From Girardia tigrina (taxonomy: Eukaryota), in NCBI GenBank assembly GCA_001938485.1, contig MQRK01184077.1:5634-59229 (forward strand): a stretch of DNA of 53,596 nt. Reading direction: 5' to 3'. Below the pieces are notes generated by a model. It was not told the DNA's origin, made no database searches, and saw only the letters and a program-made list of their open reading frames with translations. Below are positions 36,955 through 49,186 of this stretch, one piece after another. Every line of letters starts with the position of its first letter. Within the stretch, counting starts at the first letter, position 1. Both the position numbers and the translations under genes were made by a program.

Positions 36955-39206
36955 CTTTCATCCGTCCCTCAAATCGACTGTACACTAAAGTTCCTCGGGT
37001 CTTTTTCGACCCAGGTAGAATTTTTTTTACTTAAAAGAAACAAAATGCAAATAATTAAATTAATTTTATTAGTAACAGTAATGTTGACTGTTTAGGAATA
37101 ATAAAGAGCGATTTATGTGTTAATTATTTATTTATTACATTTATGACATACATTATAGGAATGAGACTTACAAATAAATCTTTTACAATATTTACATTCT
37201 AAAGCATATTTATTGTCCGATTTTGGATAAATGTGACATCTACCTCTTTGTTGTCCACATGTTCTTGCTGTTGGTACTTCTAAAGGAGATGTAGTTGTGC
37301 ATTTTTGGTCTAATATAAATTGTTGGCAATTAGCCGCTCGTGACAAATGAGTCCGTCTCGTCATGTGTTCTTTTATCAATAATTCACCCACAATTTCAAT
37401 GAAAATTCGCCTTCGATAATTTTTTTTATATTCCAATCTGGACAAACACATGTAAATAAAATAAATGCATTTGATATAGATATATCTAATATATTGGCAA
37501 AAAGAGTAATTGCCCATCTATTTGTTTTCCTTCGAGTACTGTAATTGGTTATCATTTTGTATAAGGTGTCAACTCCTCCTTTCGTTGCATTATAATCTAA
37601 TATAATGTTAGGTTTATTTTCAGAACCACCTGACAATTCTTTCGTTTTGTGAAGAGTGCTCTGAAGAACAACACATTTATTTTTTTGGAATGTATGACAC
37701 TAAAGTTGTGTCCTTTGTAAATGCAAATTTTGAAGTAAAAACTGCTTTGCCTTTTACTTCGAGCAAGACAGGTGGAATTGTTATTTTGTTTTTTCGAATA
37801 GTGCCAATCATAGTATTTTTTGTAATTTGACCTAGTTCATAAGAAGTAAAAAAGTTGTCAACTGTTACATTTTCCCTTCAAGTTGTTGATACAAATCTAA
37901 AACCACTCACCTTCCTTGATTCCTTTCATGTGCTTCACCAACTAATTTTCCAGTATATATATCTATATTCCAGACATAACTATTTTTGCTATCGCACAGC
38001 ACCCAAAATTTAATCCCATATTTAACCGGCTTTTTTTGACATATATTGTCGAAACGGACATTTTCCGCGGTATGGAACCCATTGCTCATCGATTGTTACA
38101 TTTTTGCCCGGATTATAAAGATGTGGTAATGTTTCAACCCATTTATTCCAAAGTTCTCGAATCGGGGCTAATTTGTCAGTTTTTCTACTAGCAGCTCTTG
38201 TACTACGATCATCAAATCGAATGACTCTCGATATAATTTTGAATCGTTTTAGTGACATAGTTGTCCTGAATATATGTCGACCCTTTGTTTCGTGCCATAA
38301 ATTTTCCAAAGCCTCGTTATTCGATTTATATACACCTGCTAACAACAAAAGTTCAATATATGCATCCAATTTGACAATATCGATATTTTTTTCAATCCTC
38401 TTTATATACGCGATTTCCTTCCAAATTGGTTTTTTGAATAATAATATTTTTTATAGAAATTGTAAACAATAATTCAAATGCAGAGAGTTCTGTTGATATG
38501 CGAGTAACAGCATATCTTGTGATTCCAGGGGTAGTTCTAATCACGTTTGATGATGATTGACGGTCATGTTGAATAAAGAGTTCTGATCGTCATTCAATAA
38601 TTTTATCCTTAGAAAGATATGGTATAGATCCAGGAGGTGCATCATCTATCTCACTATCAGAAGTTTCAATCAATTCTTCAATATATGAGCAGCTATCATT
38701 ATCCGATGAAAATTCAAGTAAATTATCCTCTTCATATTCAATTCGTCTTGACATGATGATAAATCTATACAAAAAGTAAATATGGGTAATAAAAAATGAA
38801 AACGTTTTTTTCTTTCAAAGAAGCACTTACCAAGGTTATAACGTATGTAGATCTTTGTAATTCAATAAAAAATCAATAAAAATGAGAAGTAATGAAACGG
38901 TTAGCACAAATATATGCACACTCGTCCACGAAGGAGTACTTCTTAGAAGGTGATAAACAATACACATATCTTTGCACTGGGAATTTCAATAATTTGTCCT
39001 AAAATAGACTGGGGTCATATAAGACCCGAGGGAATGGAGTGTTACTTTTTTATAAGAGTAACATATTTTTTTCTTTTTCAAAATTAGTTTATTATATCAA
39101 CAAAATCAAAGTCATGAAATTGCAGATATGTAGTATTAATATTTTAAGATATATTTGCAAAGAAAAATCACTTCGGGTCGAAAAAGATCCGAGGGACGGA
39201 TGAAGG
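36955..39206 (-). mobile_element. piggyBac transposon, full length, frameshifted transposase (~38752-37128)
   Basis: TTAA at both ends; TIRs CYTTCATCCGTCCCTC; subterminal GGGTC..GACCC repeats; motifs VTIDEQ, KYGIKFW, VTVDNFF, YNATKGGVD, C-terminal Cys-rich domain. Confidence 0.95.
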
Positions 39207-39246
39207 TTAAACAAACGAATTCAAGAAAAAAAACAATTTAAAATTA

Positions 39247-39298
<52 letters not shown>

Positions 39299-39615
39299 NN
39301 NNNNNNNNNNNNNNNNNNNNNNNNNNNNNNNNNNNNNNNNNNNNNNNNNNNNNNNNNNNNNNNNNNNNNNNNNNNNNNNNNNNNNNNNNNNNNNNNNNNN
39401 NNNNNNNNNNNNNNNNNNNNNNNNNNNNNNNNNNNNNNNNNNNNNNNNNNNNNNNNNNNNNNNNNNNNNNNNNNNNNNNNNNNNNNNNNNNNNNNNNNNN
39501 NNNNNNNNNNNNNNNNNNNNNNNNNNNNNNNNNNNNNNNNNNNNNNNNNNNNNNNNNNNNNNNNNNNNNNNNNNNNNNNNNGAAAAATTGTATTATTCAA
39601 ACAATTCAATAGAAA

Positions 39616-39657
39616 ATTGCTGATGATGATGTATATAAACATCGAAACATGTACAAT
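39616..39657 (+). ncRNA. Intact minimal hammerhead ribozyme (Penelope pLTR fragment between (TA)n tracts and an N gap)
   Basis: attg CTGATGA t gatgt atataa acatc GAAA catg TA caat; 4-bp stem I, 5-bp stem II, ACAUGU palindrome, GUA triplet. Confidence 0.8.
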
Positions 39658-39695
39658 AGTTGTATAAAAAAAGCTTTAATCAAATTATATTTTCG

Positions 39696-39740
<45 letters not shown>

Positions 39741-39899
39741 TATACAATGTTTTTTCCTAAACCTTTCTTTAATAAATAATTTTTACTTTTTTGATTTGAA
39801 TGAAAATTTTAATTCATTCCGAAACAGGTATCTTGATTTCCATTAGCGCTACACGCATACTGCATTCTAAATATACAAGATCAATCAAAGGTAACCACC

Positions 39900-39990
39900 T
39901 AAAAATTTCAATGACTAGTCCTTTAGCGACCCCATTAAAAATGTTACACCACCCTATTTTCGGTCGCGACCTCAACTTTGAGAACCACTG
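39900..39990. mobile_element. hAT (Charlie-like) terminal fragment
   Basis: ...GGTCGCGACCTCAACTTTGAGAACCACTG is the reverse complement of the CAGTGGTTCTCAAA hAT end; repeated GCGACC subterminal motifs. Confidence 0.7.
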
Positions 39991-39996
39991 ACTTAA

Positions 39997-40260
39997 CACA
40001 TTGAATGCTGAGTACGAGATATCTCGTACTTCAATATTCATTAGTTAGACGCTAAGTACGAGATATCTCGTACTTTGGCTTACATTACTAAGACGCTAAG
40101 TAATTGTACTGAATTATTGTACTGCTGCGCGCATGAGATATGCCTGCCGCGCGGCAGTAAACTTTTTTGTCCCACGCGTAGCAGACGTTCGGTGCATGAT
40201 GTCAACAGCAGTCAATTTGTTAAACTATACGGAGTAGTTACATATACAATTATTTAGTAT
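39997..40260 (+). mobile_element. piggyBac-like terminal fragment with two perfect palindromes
   Basis: TTAA+CACATTGAATGC; AGTACGAGATATCTCGTACT at 40011-40030 and 40055-40074; other end not found. Confidence 0.5.
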
Positions 40261-40981
40261 TCACAATTATTTACAAACAGAATAATTTCAAATATAATAC
40301 AAAATGAGAATAACAAATAAAAATCTCAAACTATAAAAATAACAATAGCTTTTCCAAACAATCAATTAATTATATCAGTTTCAATTATTTAGCGAACGCT
40401 TCGGAAATAAAGTATGAGAAACAGTGCGAAAGTCGATTATTAAAACAACAAATAAACCTTAAATTTAATAACAAATCAAGGTTAGTCACGATTATCTGAA
40501 ATAGAATAATCAAAGGAGAATATTATTAAACATTCAAATGTGAAAAATATTAATCAAAACATTGAATAAAAATTGTCTAATAAACTTATCAAAGTGAACA
40601 AGAAAAACCAATTTAGTAAAAATTATAATGTAATTCGAAATAGAAAGCTCGACATAACGAAAGAACTAAGTGGATGTGTAAAAAGAGAGTAATCTATACG
40701 AGGACAAAAATTCCGAATGCCAGAGCCATCATTCGTCAACTAAATTAACTAACAGCGACAAAATTCAAGCCACAATTTGTTTCAGAAAGACAGAACTATG
40801 AAAGTCCGGTGTAATATGAAGTCTAAGATAATTTAATGAGAATATTGTGTTTTCTCTACTTCGTTAAATAATATTGATAAATATTAAGTAAAAATTATTA
40901 ACTTCCTAAATATTCCTAAATATAATTAAATATTTTAAGTATCTTCTTGAATAATTTGTTACAATTACAAATAAATGAAAT

Positions 40982-41019
<38 letters not shown>

Positions 41020-41263
41020 TTCTGGTACAATTTTGTCACAATTGAAAATCTTTTGAAATCAATTTACGAAAAAAAAATTTTAGAAAAATTGATTTTTATC
41101 TAACAAAACCAAAATTTATAATTATTAGATAATAAATAATTATTTAAACGTTTGTTTAAATAAATCAAAATACAGATATTCTGAAGCTAATAATTATTGC
41201 AGAGATTTAAATTATTTTTAAATAATCATTTTCATAATTAATTTGAATTTATGAAATAATCAC

Positions 41264-41358
41264 ATGAATAATATCGAAAGTAAAAGTTTTTTACATATTG
41301 GCGACATCGTGTCGCTCTATGCAGAAGGTAATGTGTCGGGATTTATGAGCACTTTGGG
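41264..41358 (+). CDS. ITPR: ITPR coding exon 1
   Basis: ATG at 41264; [32 protein letters not shown]; donor GT at 41359. Confidence 0.93.
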
Positions 41359-43632
41359 GTAAATTATTATTACTAGAAAAATATTTATTTTATAAAATTT
41401 ATATGTTTTGTTTGAAGATTAGTAGACGATCGTTGTGTAGTGCAACCATCGACCGGTGATTTGAATAATCCCCCGAAAAAATTCCGAGGTAAAAGAAAGA
41501 AAAAAGAATATAATGTTTATAATAAACTATTTAAAACTCTAATTAAAGATTGCCATTTCAAAATTTGTCCAATGAGTCGATATTCGGCACAGAAACAATT
41601 TTGGAATGCGACAAAACAGGGCTCTCAGACCGATGCACTTTTAATAAACAAATTGCACGTAAGAAATGATATTTTGCAACTTTGATTGTGTAATATTTAT
41701 TTATTTATTATACATTAATAATTATAAATAAAATTAATAAATTCAAATAACCCTGAGCAAATTATGATTCAATATTATCCATGATAACTCGTGCTATATT
41801 ATGACTATTACACCGATACTCAACAGATCGTGTTACGCAGAGAGACAGCGAGTGTGTGTTTTCGCCAGCACTCATTTCTTACTGCACACAGGCTCGTGTT
41901 TGTGTGTATTTTGATTTGAATCACGATCGTATGTGTGTGTACGCGCGCTTGTCCTCGTGTTGACTGTTTGAATCAATGAAGTGTGATCAGAGTTTGTGAA
42001 TGGAGAGTTATTAATAAAAGATTTTTTTTCAAATAATAAGTCTGAAAAGAGACATCCTATTTGTGAATAAAATATAAACTTACTACTGTTCTCTTGTGAT
42101 TTTTTTTCTTTATTGAGTTATCTTTTACGACTAATATTTTATTTGTCTCTTGATTGACGAGTTTGATGATGTGGTGAAAACGAAGCTTAAGGGTTTTGAC
42201 AATATTTACATGTAATATTTCTAATTCTATGTATAAAACACACTCTATACCTGCCAGATTAGGTGATGCGTTTTTAGAAATATCTATTCCAATCATTAAA
42301 TCATTGCCATATGAAATCATATTTTATAAATACATATTTGTTCTTGTGTTTTCTTGTAGATACGTGAATGAGATAGTTTTTAATTTTTCCATGGATAATT
42401 TTAGTTTTGAATTGTATTATTAAACTGATATTATTTGAATAAATATTTCTTAAAGTACTACTTTGATCATCATAAGCTATTAATAAAAAATTGAGAGTTA
42501 TTATGGATCAGACAATATAAACTTTTAATAAATGTTGAAAAGGAAAACAACAAAGCTGTCACAAGTTTAAATATTTATATTTATCAATGCTTTTATCGCT
42601 GGTGAATTTATATTTTTATTATAGTTAAAATGCTTTAAAATGCTTTAGTAGTATGTTTTTTCAATTAAAAATTTTTTAGTTGTAATGAAATCAATATTTA
42701 AGTCTTAATCTTTTATTAATCTATTATACGGTTTTTTAATATTGAAAAATAGCATTACAGCTTTTTTTTATTTTAAAAGGCTCTTTTTTATTCATTATTG
42801 TACAAAAAGAGTTATAAAGTTTCGTAAATTATTTAATATTTTTTATTTTATTATACTCACGTATTATTGTAATTTTAAATAAATGATGATATAATTTAAT
42901 TTTTAAAATTTAAATGTGTTTTTTCATTAATGAGAATTTTTGAAATTTCTCTAATTTAAGGCAGAAGGGATACAAATTAGAACGAAGCATTTAGGGAATT
43001 TTAATGATCTAAATTAGATCATTTAGTAAATGATTATTGTACTGACATTTTTTTCATTGCTCCACCATTTACAAATAAATAATAAAAAAAAATAAAAAAA
43101 TAAACAAGTAAAGCTAAAATATCAAAGTAATTTATAAATTTTTAATTAATATCAATTTTTCAATTCATAAGTAAATCACCAAATGCAAATTAGTTTGTGA
43201 AAAGGTTTGTTAAAAATGGAATATGGCGAAAGATTAATAGGAGAAATTATTATTACATTTTAAGAAAATCAAAAGTAATATTAAAGTTTGATAGTGGTAA
43301 CAGAATCTGGATTTGAAATCAATAGGATCATATTGAGAAGAGGAAGAGGATCAAAGAATACCGGCAGTTTTCTGTACAAATATTTAATGAAGGTGTTATA
43401 ATTCCCATAAATGGTGAAGATTTTTAAGAATGTTGAACAGATTGATGAGAATTCGATTTAAGTGTCAGTGATTCAATACGCACTACCAGCAAATCCGTAT
43501 GAATTACCCAAGGAAGATTGCCTTTTAAACCAATATTATTAATGATAAATATTTCGGAGAATGGTTGAAAACTTATATTGACAGAGACTTTGAAGTCAAG
43601 AAATTAATCCTGTGGAAATCTCTACTAAGTGC

Positions 43633-43663
<31 letters not shown>

Positions 43664-46600
43664 CCTTTTGATGTAACCATCATTTTTACCAATATGTTGT
43701 TTGAAAATATTTTGATTTTTTCAATAGAATTCTATTTATATAATAAAATATCCTAAAGAATTTAAAAGCTCTTGAAAATGTAAATACTACTAAAACATAA
43801 GATAATAAAAAATATTTTTAAAGTTGTTGATAATTATTTCTGGTACATTTTCAGGATATAATTTTTTTCAAATAAAAGCTTTTGACTTCATGTTTTAGCG
43901 CAGTGTTGAACAATTACACGGATGTTCAAATTTTGTTTTGAAAAATATAAGAATTATCTGGTCAGTTTTCAAAATTGCGTTTTTTAAATATAATTTTATT
44001 TTTTTTAAAATTTTCTTTTGAAATTTTAAATTAGAATTTAGTTTCTTTGATTCAGAGACATGTATCAATGAAAATAAGTTGACAAAGTTAGTTACGTTGA
44101 TGACATTGATAATTTCATGGGAAATATTTATTGTATTATAATTGAAAACTGGTTATTTTAAATATTAAATTAACTAAATTACGTATCATATAAAATTAAA
44201 TGAATGCAAAAAAGTATTTAATAAAAACGCATTTTTTATTTCATTCATTTTTGCTGAGACTGAGTTCTCAATTAATTCGTAAATCCTACTTAATCCATTC
44301 TTTTTACTTAATCCGTAATTCTCACAGTCACAAAATCTGTTTTTACTACAAATCCGTGATTAATTATCATGACTCAGTGTCATTGAAGAAACGAAATTTC
44401 TTGACAAAATTAATTCTATGACCGAACAATTGTATTAATAGTATTTTACAAGTGAACGGAATTTTAAGAAATTATTTCGATGGATTCAAAATTTAACTGT
44501 GACGTAACGGCATTTTAGGTACATGCTGACTAAACTATTTTAAAACTTTTTAATGATAAAATTGGGATCGACATAAACGACTTCCACTGTACAAAACAGA
44601 AATCATTGGAAGTGTTCAGAACTATTTGTGGATAGTAGTATTAATATCCCTTTAAAATTAACTCTTAAATAGACTTACATGATCAAAGCAATTTTTATTA
44701 CGTCTAAATAATCTCAAGGACTCAAACCAATGTTTAATTTCCTTTGCTATACTGATAATAAAATTTGAATTTCTTGTTTTTTGTAAGACTTGAAAAATGA
44801 GTTAATATATAAATATTCTCATTTTTACTTATTATTTTCTTTTAATTTATCATAAATTTAAAATGAAATTAGCTGTTGTTCCATGTGCTTATTTAGTTTT
44901 CTCTTCTCTTTAGTGTTCTTAATGATTTCCAAAATTTAACAAATATGTTCCCATGTAACAAGGAATACAGTTTTTACAATCGAAGTAGTCAAAAATCTTA
45001 AACTTATAAATCTTTAAGTATTGTAGATGTATATCACGATTTAAAGCCAAAAAGAGTATATCGTACCTTACTCATTTAGAAAAAACTGTTTAATTTATGT
45101 CACAATTTATTTTAATTTTTTTGATACACTTTATCCGACTGACATGCACAATGTTTCTGATTGAAAAAAGCGTCTAAAGAGAGTCTATTAAAACTATCAA
45201 AGGTAACATTATGTTAGTGTTTATTAAGAAGTTAGTGTTCATATTTCATGCACCGAAATTCCGTCACCTAATATATATTTTTTGATAAAAACGATATTTA
45301 ATAATTATTTTTTCTAACTAAGAATGAACATTATCAAATATCGATAACTTTGTTTTGTTAACATTAACTTTAAATTTAAAAATCTAGTTTGAAATAAAAA
45401 AATTTGGTTAATAAAATTTTATGTTAAAATATTAATAAATTAATGAAAATATTTTGTTAGAGTGCCGCAGAACTAGAGAAGTCGCAAAATGAAATTGAGC
45501 AAAAGAAGCTGATTGGAACAGTCGTCCAATATGGAACTGTCATACAAGTAATGTTTCTTCATATTAATTAAATTAACTATTTGTGAGAATTATTGTTATT
45601 ATTGATATAAAGATTATTTGAACTTTTTTTGTACTTTAAATTTATTAATGATATTAGGGTGAACCAAAAGTCTTTTCGTATTTTCTACGTCTTTTTGTTC
45701 AATTGTTTCTTATTACCAAATAAAGATATTTTATGTGTTATATGTTTTTAAAGCTCTTGAACTGCTCTATCACAATATATATTAAAACTTCTAATTAGTC
45801 GTTAATATAATTTTTATGGTCTTTTAGAAAAATCATGGAAAATTTTGAAATTCGTGTTCTTTTACGCCATTACTGGAAATAGGGCTTAAACGCAACTGTA
45901 GCAACAAAGAAGATATGCGAAGTTTAAGGCGATAATGTGGTCTCAAATCGTCCTGCACAAAATTTGTTCAAAAGGTTCAACGAAGGCGACATTGACCTAG
46001 GAGGCAATGCACGTTCAGGCCGACCTATCACCGTAGATTCCGTAGCAATTCGTTAAGCCGTCGAGACAAATCCGTCAATAAGTACTCGCAGATTGTCGGC
46101 CGAACTCGATATTCTTCAAACATCCATTGTACGACACCTTCACGCTCTTGACAAGGTCAATAGACGATATCGAGAAGTACCTCATGAATTGACACAAATT
46201 CAAGCCGAAAAGCGTTTCGAAACTTGTCAAAAATTGCTTGAAAATCCGTGCGATGACCGTTTCATCCATCGAATTGTAACTTGCGATGAAAAGTAGGTTT
46301 ACTTCAGTAATCCAGACCAACAAAATCAATGGTTGGACCCCGGACAAATGGCGAAACCGGTAGCGAAACGAGATCGTTTCTCAAGGAAGGCACTTTTGTG
46401 TGTTTGGTGGAATTTCGAAGGCGTGATTCATTTTGAGCTGGTTCCAAATGGTCGTACCATCGAAGCTGACCTTTACTGCGCCAAACTTGATCGAATGTAT
46501 GCAACACTTGGCGAGAAATACCCCGCTTTGATCAATCGAAAGCGAATTCTTCTACAACAGGACAATGCAAAACCGCACACTACCAAACAAACAAAGGAAA

Positions 46601-49186
46601 AAAATAAAAAATCTCGACGCCTTTGAACTTCATACACACTTGCGCCATCCGACTATCACCTTTTTCGCTCTATGGCACCTATCTTCGTGGTCGCAGCTTC
46701 AATAATCTGGCCGAGGTCGAAAACGGGTGTCACCAGTTCTTCGCTTCTAAGAACAAGGATTGGTACCGCAGCGGGATCACACAGCTGGCCCATAGATGGG
46801 TTCAAGCTATAGATTCAAATGGCCTTTAATTTGAAACTTAAATGTTTTTTATTTGTTGTAAAATTATGTTTAAATGTTTAATAAAAAATACGAAAAGACT
46901 TTTGGTTCACCTTAATAGATTAAACGTTAGTTAAACATCTATGAAAAGAATAATAGTTTTGTGTTGGGGGAAATTAATGTAATTTATTTTTTAAATATTT
47001 TCGAAAATAAAATATAATTAGACACAATAAAATTTATTTTTAATATTTAAACATAAAGTAAAACGAAGAATAAATTATATTATCATTAATTTCGACGAAT
47101 CTATTGTCGTCTTCAGACAAAAAATAATAATATATCAACATTTGTATACCAAAGTAATATTTTTGCGCATTCATTTTGCAATAAATAAATAAATAAACTC
47201 TTTCACTAAAGTTGAAGAAGACATTAAATATTTATTTTATAATATTATGAAAATTAATTATACTGATATGATAATAATAATGTTAGACGTATAAAAAGAC
47301 ACAGTCAAGATAGTGACCATGTTAAGAAAGTGATCCTCTTTGTACATTAATTTTAAGTTCAAAAGATTTTTTCATCCATTTTGTACATATATTTTTTTTG
47401 TTAAGGAACTTTATTATAAAATGCCATGAAAATAATTTTTTTAATTGCAAAATTGTGTCTTGATTACTTAAGGAGTTTGTTCAATATCTGCTACACTAAA
47501 TAGATTACCTTCCAATTTAGTTTACCATTTTAAAATGCAATTAGTACGTTGGAGAGACTTATCATCATTTCAGCAAATTTATCCGGGAACAAAATTGAAA
47601 GAGACATTAATATTATTCAAAACAAAAAGGTCTGCTTAAATATTAAAGTAGAAATAAATAGTTTAAAAATTGTGTTTTGAATTTTATACTTACTTGGAAG
47701 ACGGTGACTTGTGAAGGAGCAGTTATTATAAAATGTTATGATCTTTAATAAAATGTTCAAACACCTTTTTCGACTGTCTATAAAGTTCGAATAAGGATTT
47801 AAAAACAAAATAATGTATGAATAACATTTTCAATTACGTATAACATAATTTAAGACTGCAATTATAAACAACTTCGCCTCATTTTTTTCTGAAAGAATGT
47901 GTCTATTAAGGGCTAGCTGTAAAACAATATCCAAAATATATTTCGCATTATGTATTCCCTTAAAAAATATTGGAATTAAGCTGATTAACATTAAAAACCG
48001 AGGAGTTTTTGTGAGTATACATCCATCACATGGTTGTGAAAGAGTTTAAGAATTTTAGATATGTCAATTTTTCATTTTCATGTAACCCCAAATTTGTACA
48101 ATTAACCTACAAATCCTTACTACTTGATTGTACAACATGTCTTTCTTGGTTCTGCAAATGGTGATGATCTCGTAATACAGGTTTGTTATACCTTTTATAA
48201 ATTAGTTAGAAATTCTTTAATACACGCATACGTATCAAATATTTAACCAAAAATAACTTTGGTAGACTTGCAAAAAGTACACATTGAGTTCATGTTTAAA
48301 TGGCACTTTGATCTGAATAATTTTACGTAACAAATTAAAGCACCACGCAAATACACTGATTTCATCTTCATCTTCATTATAATTAATATTACTTTTTACT
48401 AGTGTTATGATGTTTTTGATAAATTCAATGATTGTTGTCACGCCTTAATTCCAGGCTGATATCTAATAAATTGATACATCGCCAGTCTCCTAAATTCACT
48501 CATTATCTGACTACTGACACTCGGTATCAAATTACTCAATAAATATTTTGTCTTTATTAATAATAAGAATTATTTTGACGAGTAATAATGAATAAATTAA
48601 TTAAAAGTTATAAACCTTTTAAATTATTATTTAAAATTTTTATATTTCAGCTTCTCCATATCAAAAGTAACAAACTGTTAACAGTGAATAAAAGACTACC
48701 TGCATTGCTTGAAAAAAATGCCATGCGTGTTTCGCTGGATTCCAATGGTAATGAAGGGTCCTGGTTTTGTGTACAACCTTTTTATAAGCATTGTTCAATG
48801 GGAGATAATGTAAGTTTATGAAGAAAAAATATATAATATTTATCATTTTCTTTTAAGTTATATGTAATTTAAGCCAAATTAAATGAGTTTAATCATCTTA
48901 ATAAAATTAGTTGTTTTAACCAATAATTAAATTTGATCACCAAATCCTTTTTAAATTGAGATTTCTGATTTAAAGATTTGATATATATATATGATATTTC
49001 TAGGTTGTCGTCGGGGACAAGGTAACATTAAACCCAGTAAATGCCAGTCAACCGTTACATGTTAGCAATTATGACCTTTTGGATCACGTTGGATGCAAAG
49101 AAGTCAATGCCGTCAGTTGTAACACATCTTGGCAGATCAATCTGTTTTTGGAATATAAGGAGAACATGGATGATGTGCTGAAAGGA
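41264..49186 (+). CDS. ITPR: Inositol 1,4,5-trisphosphate receptor, 5' part (suppressor domain and start of the MIR/IP3-binding region); join(41264-41358,41418-41488,41549-41658,45461-45547,48651-48809,49004-49186); 3' incomplete
   Basis: Spliced translation [235 protein letters not shown] matches the known IP3R N-terminus. All introns are GT-AG with consistent phase; 705 nt = 235 codons. The next expected exon (GDVVRLFHAEQ) was not found in the window. Confidence 0.97.
41418..41488 (+). CDS. ITPR: ITPR coding exon 2
   Basis: AG at 41416-41417; [23 protein letters not shown]; GT at 41489. Confidence 0.95.
41549..41658 (+). CDS. ITPR: ITPR coding exon 3
   Basis: AG at 41547-41548; [19 protein letters not shown]...LINKLH; donor GTAAGA. 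Confidence 0.95.
45160..45271 (+). mobile_element. mariner 3' TIR remnant in ITPR intron 3
   Basis: TTCATGCACCGAAATTCCGTCACCTAA followed by TA resembles a mariner TIR. Confidence 0.45.
45461..45547 (+). CDS. ITPR: ITPR coding exon 4
   Basis: ttttgttAG acceptor; [29 protein letters not shown]; GTAATG donor. Confidence 0.95.
45654..46915 (+). mobile_element. mariner (DD34D) transposon, full length, pseudogenised (ORF ~45835-46829), in ITPR intron 4
   Basis: TA-flanked ~30-bp TIRs TTAGGGTGAACCAAAAGTCTTTTCGTATTTT; motifs [29 protein letters not shown]; several stops. Confidence 0.95.
47080..47120 (-). ncRNA. Minimal hammerhead with a non-canonical AUG triplet (likely inactive), end of a highly decayed Penelope-like remnant in ITPR intron 4
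   Basis: Minus: ttgt CTGAAGA c gac aatagattc gtc GAAA ttaa TG ataa. Confidence 0.55.
48651..48809 (+). CDS. ITPR: ITPR coding exon 5
   Basis: tttcAG acceptor; [30 protein letters not shown]...GSWF..QPFYK; GTAAGT donor. Confidence 0.96.
49004..49186 (+). CDS. ITPR: ITPR coding exon 6
   Basis: tttctAG acceptor; [19 protein letters not shown]...[10 protein letters not shown]...DDVLKG; GTAAGA donor. Confidence 0.95.

Noticed and set aside
48588-48650. Upstream ATG extension of the ORF over ITPR exon 5
   Set aside because: Intronic sequence before a clear tttcAG acceptor; no similarity to IP3R
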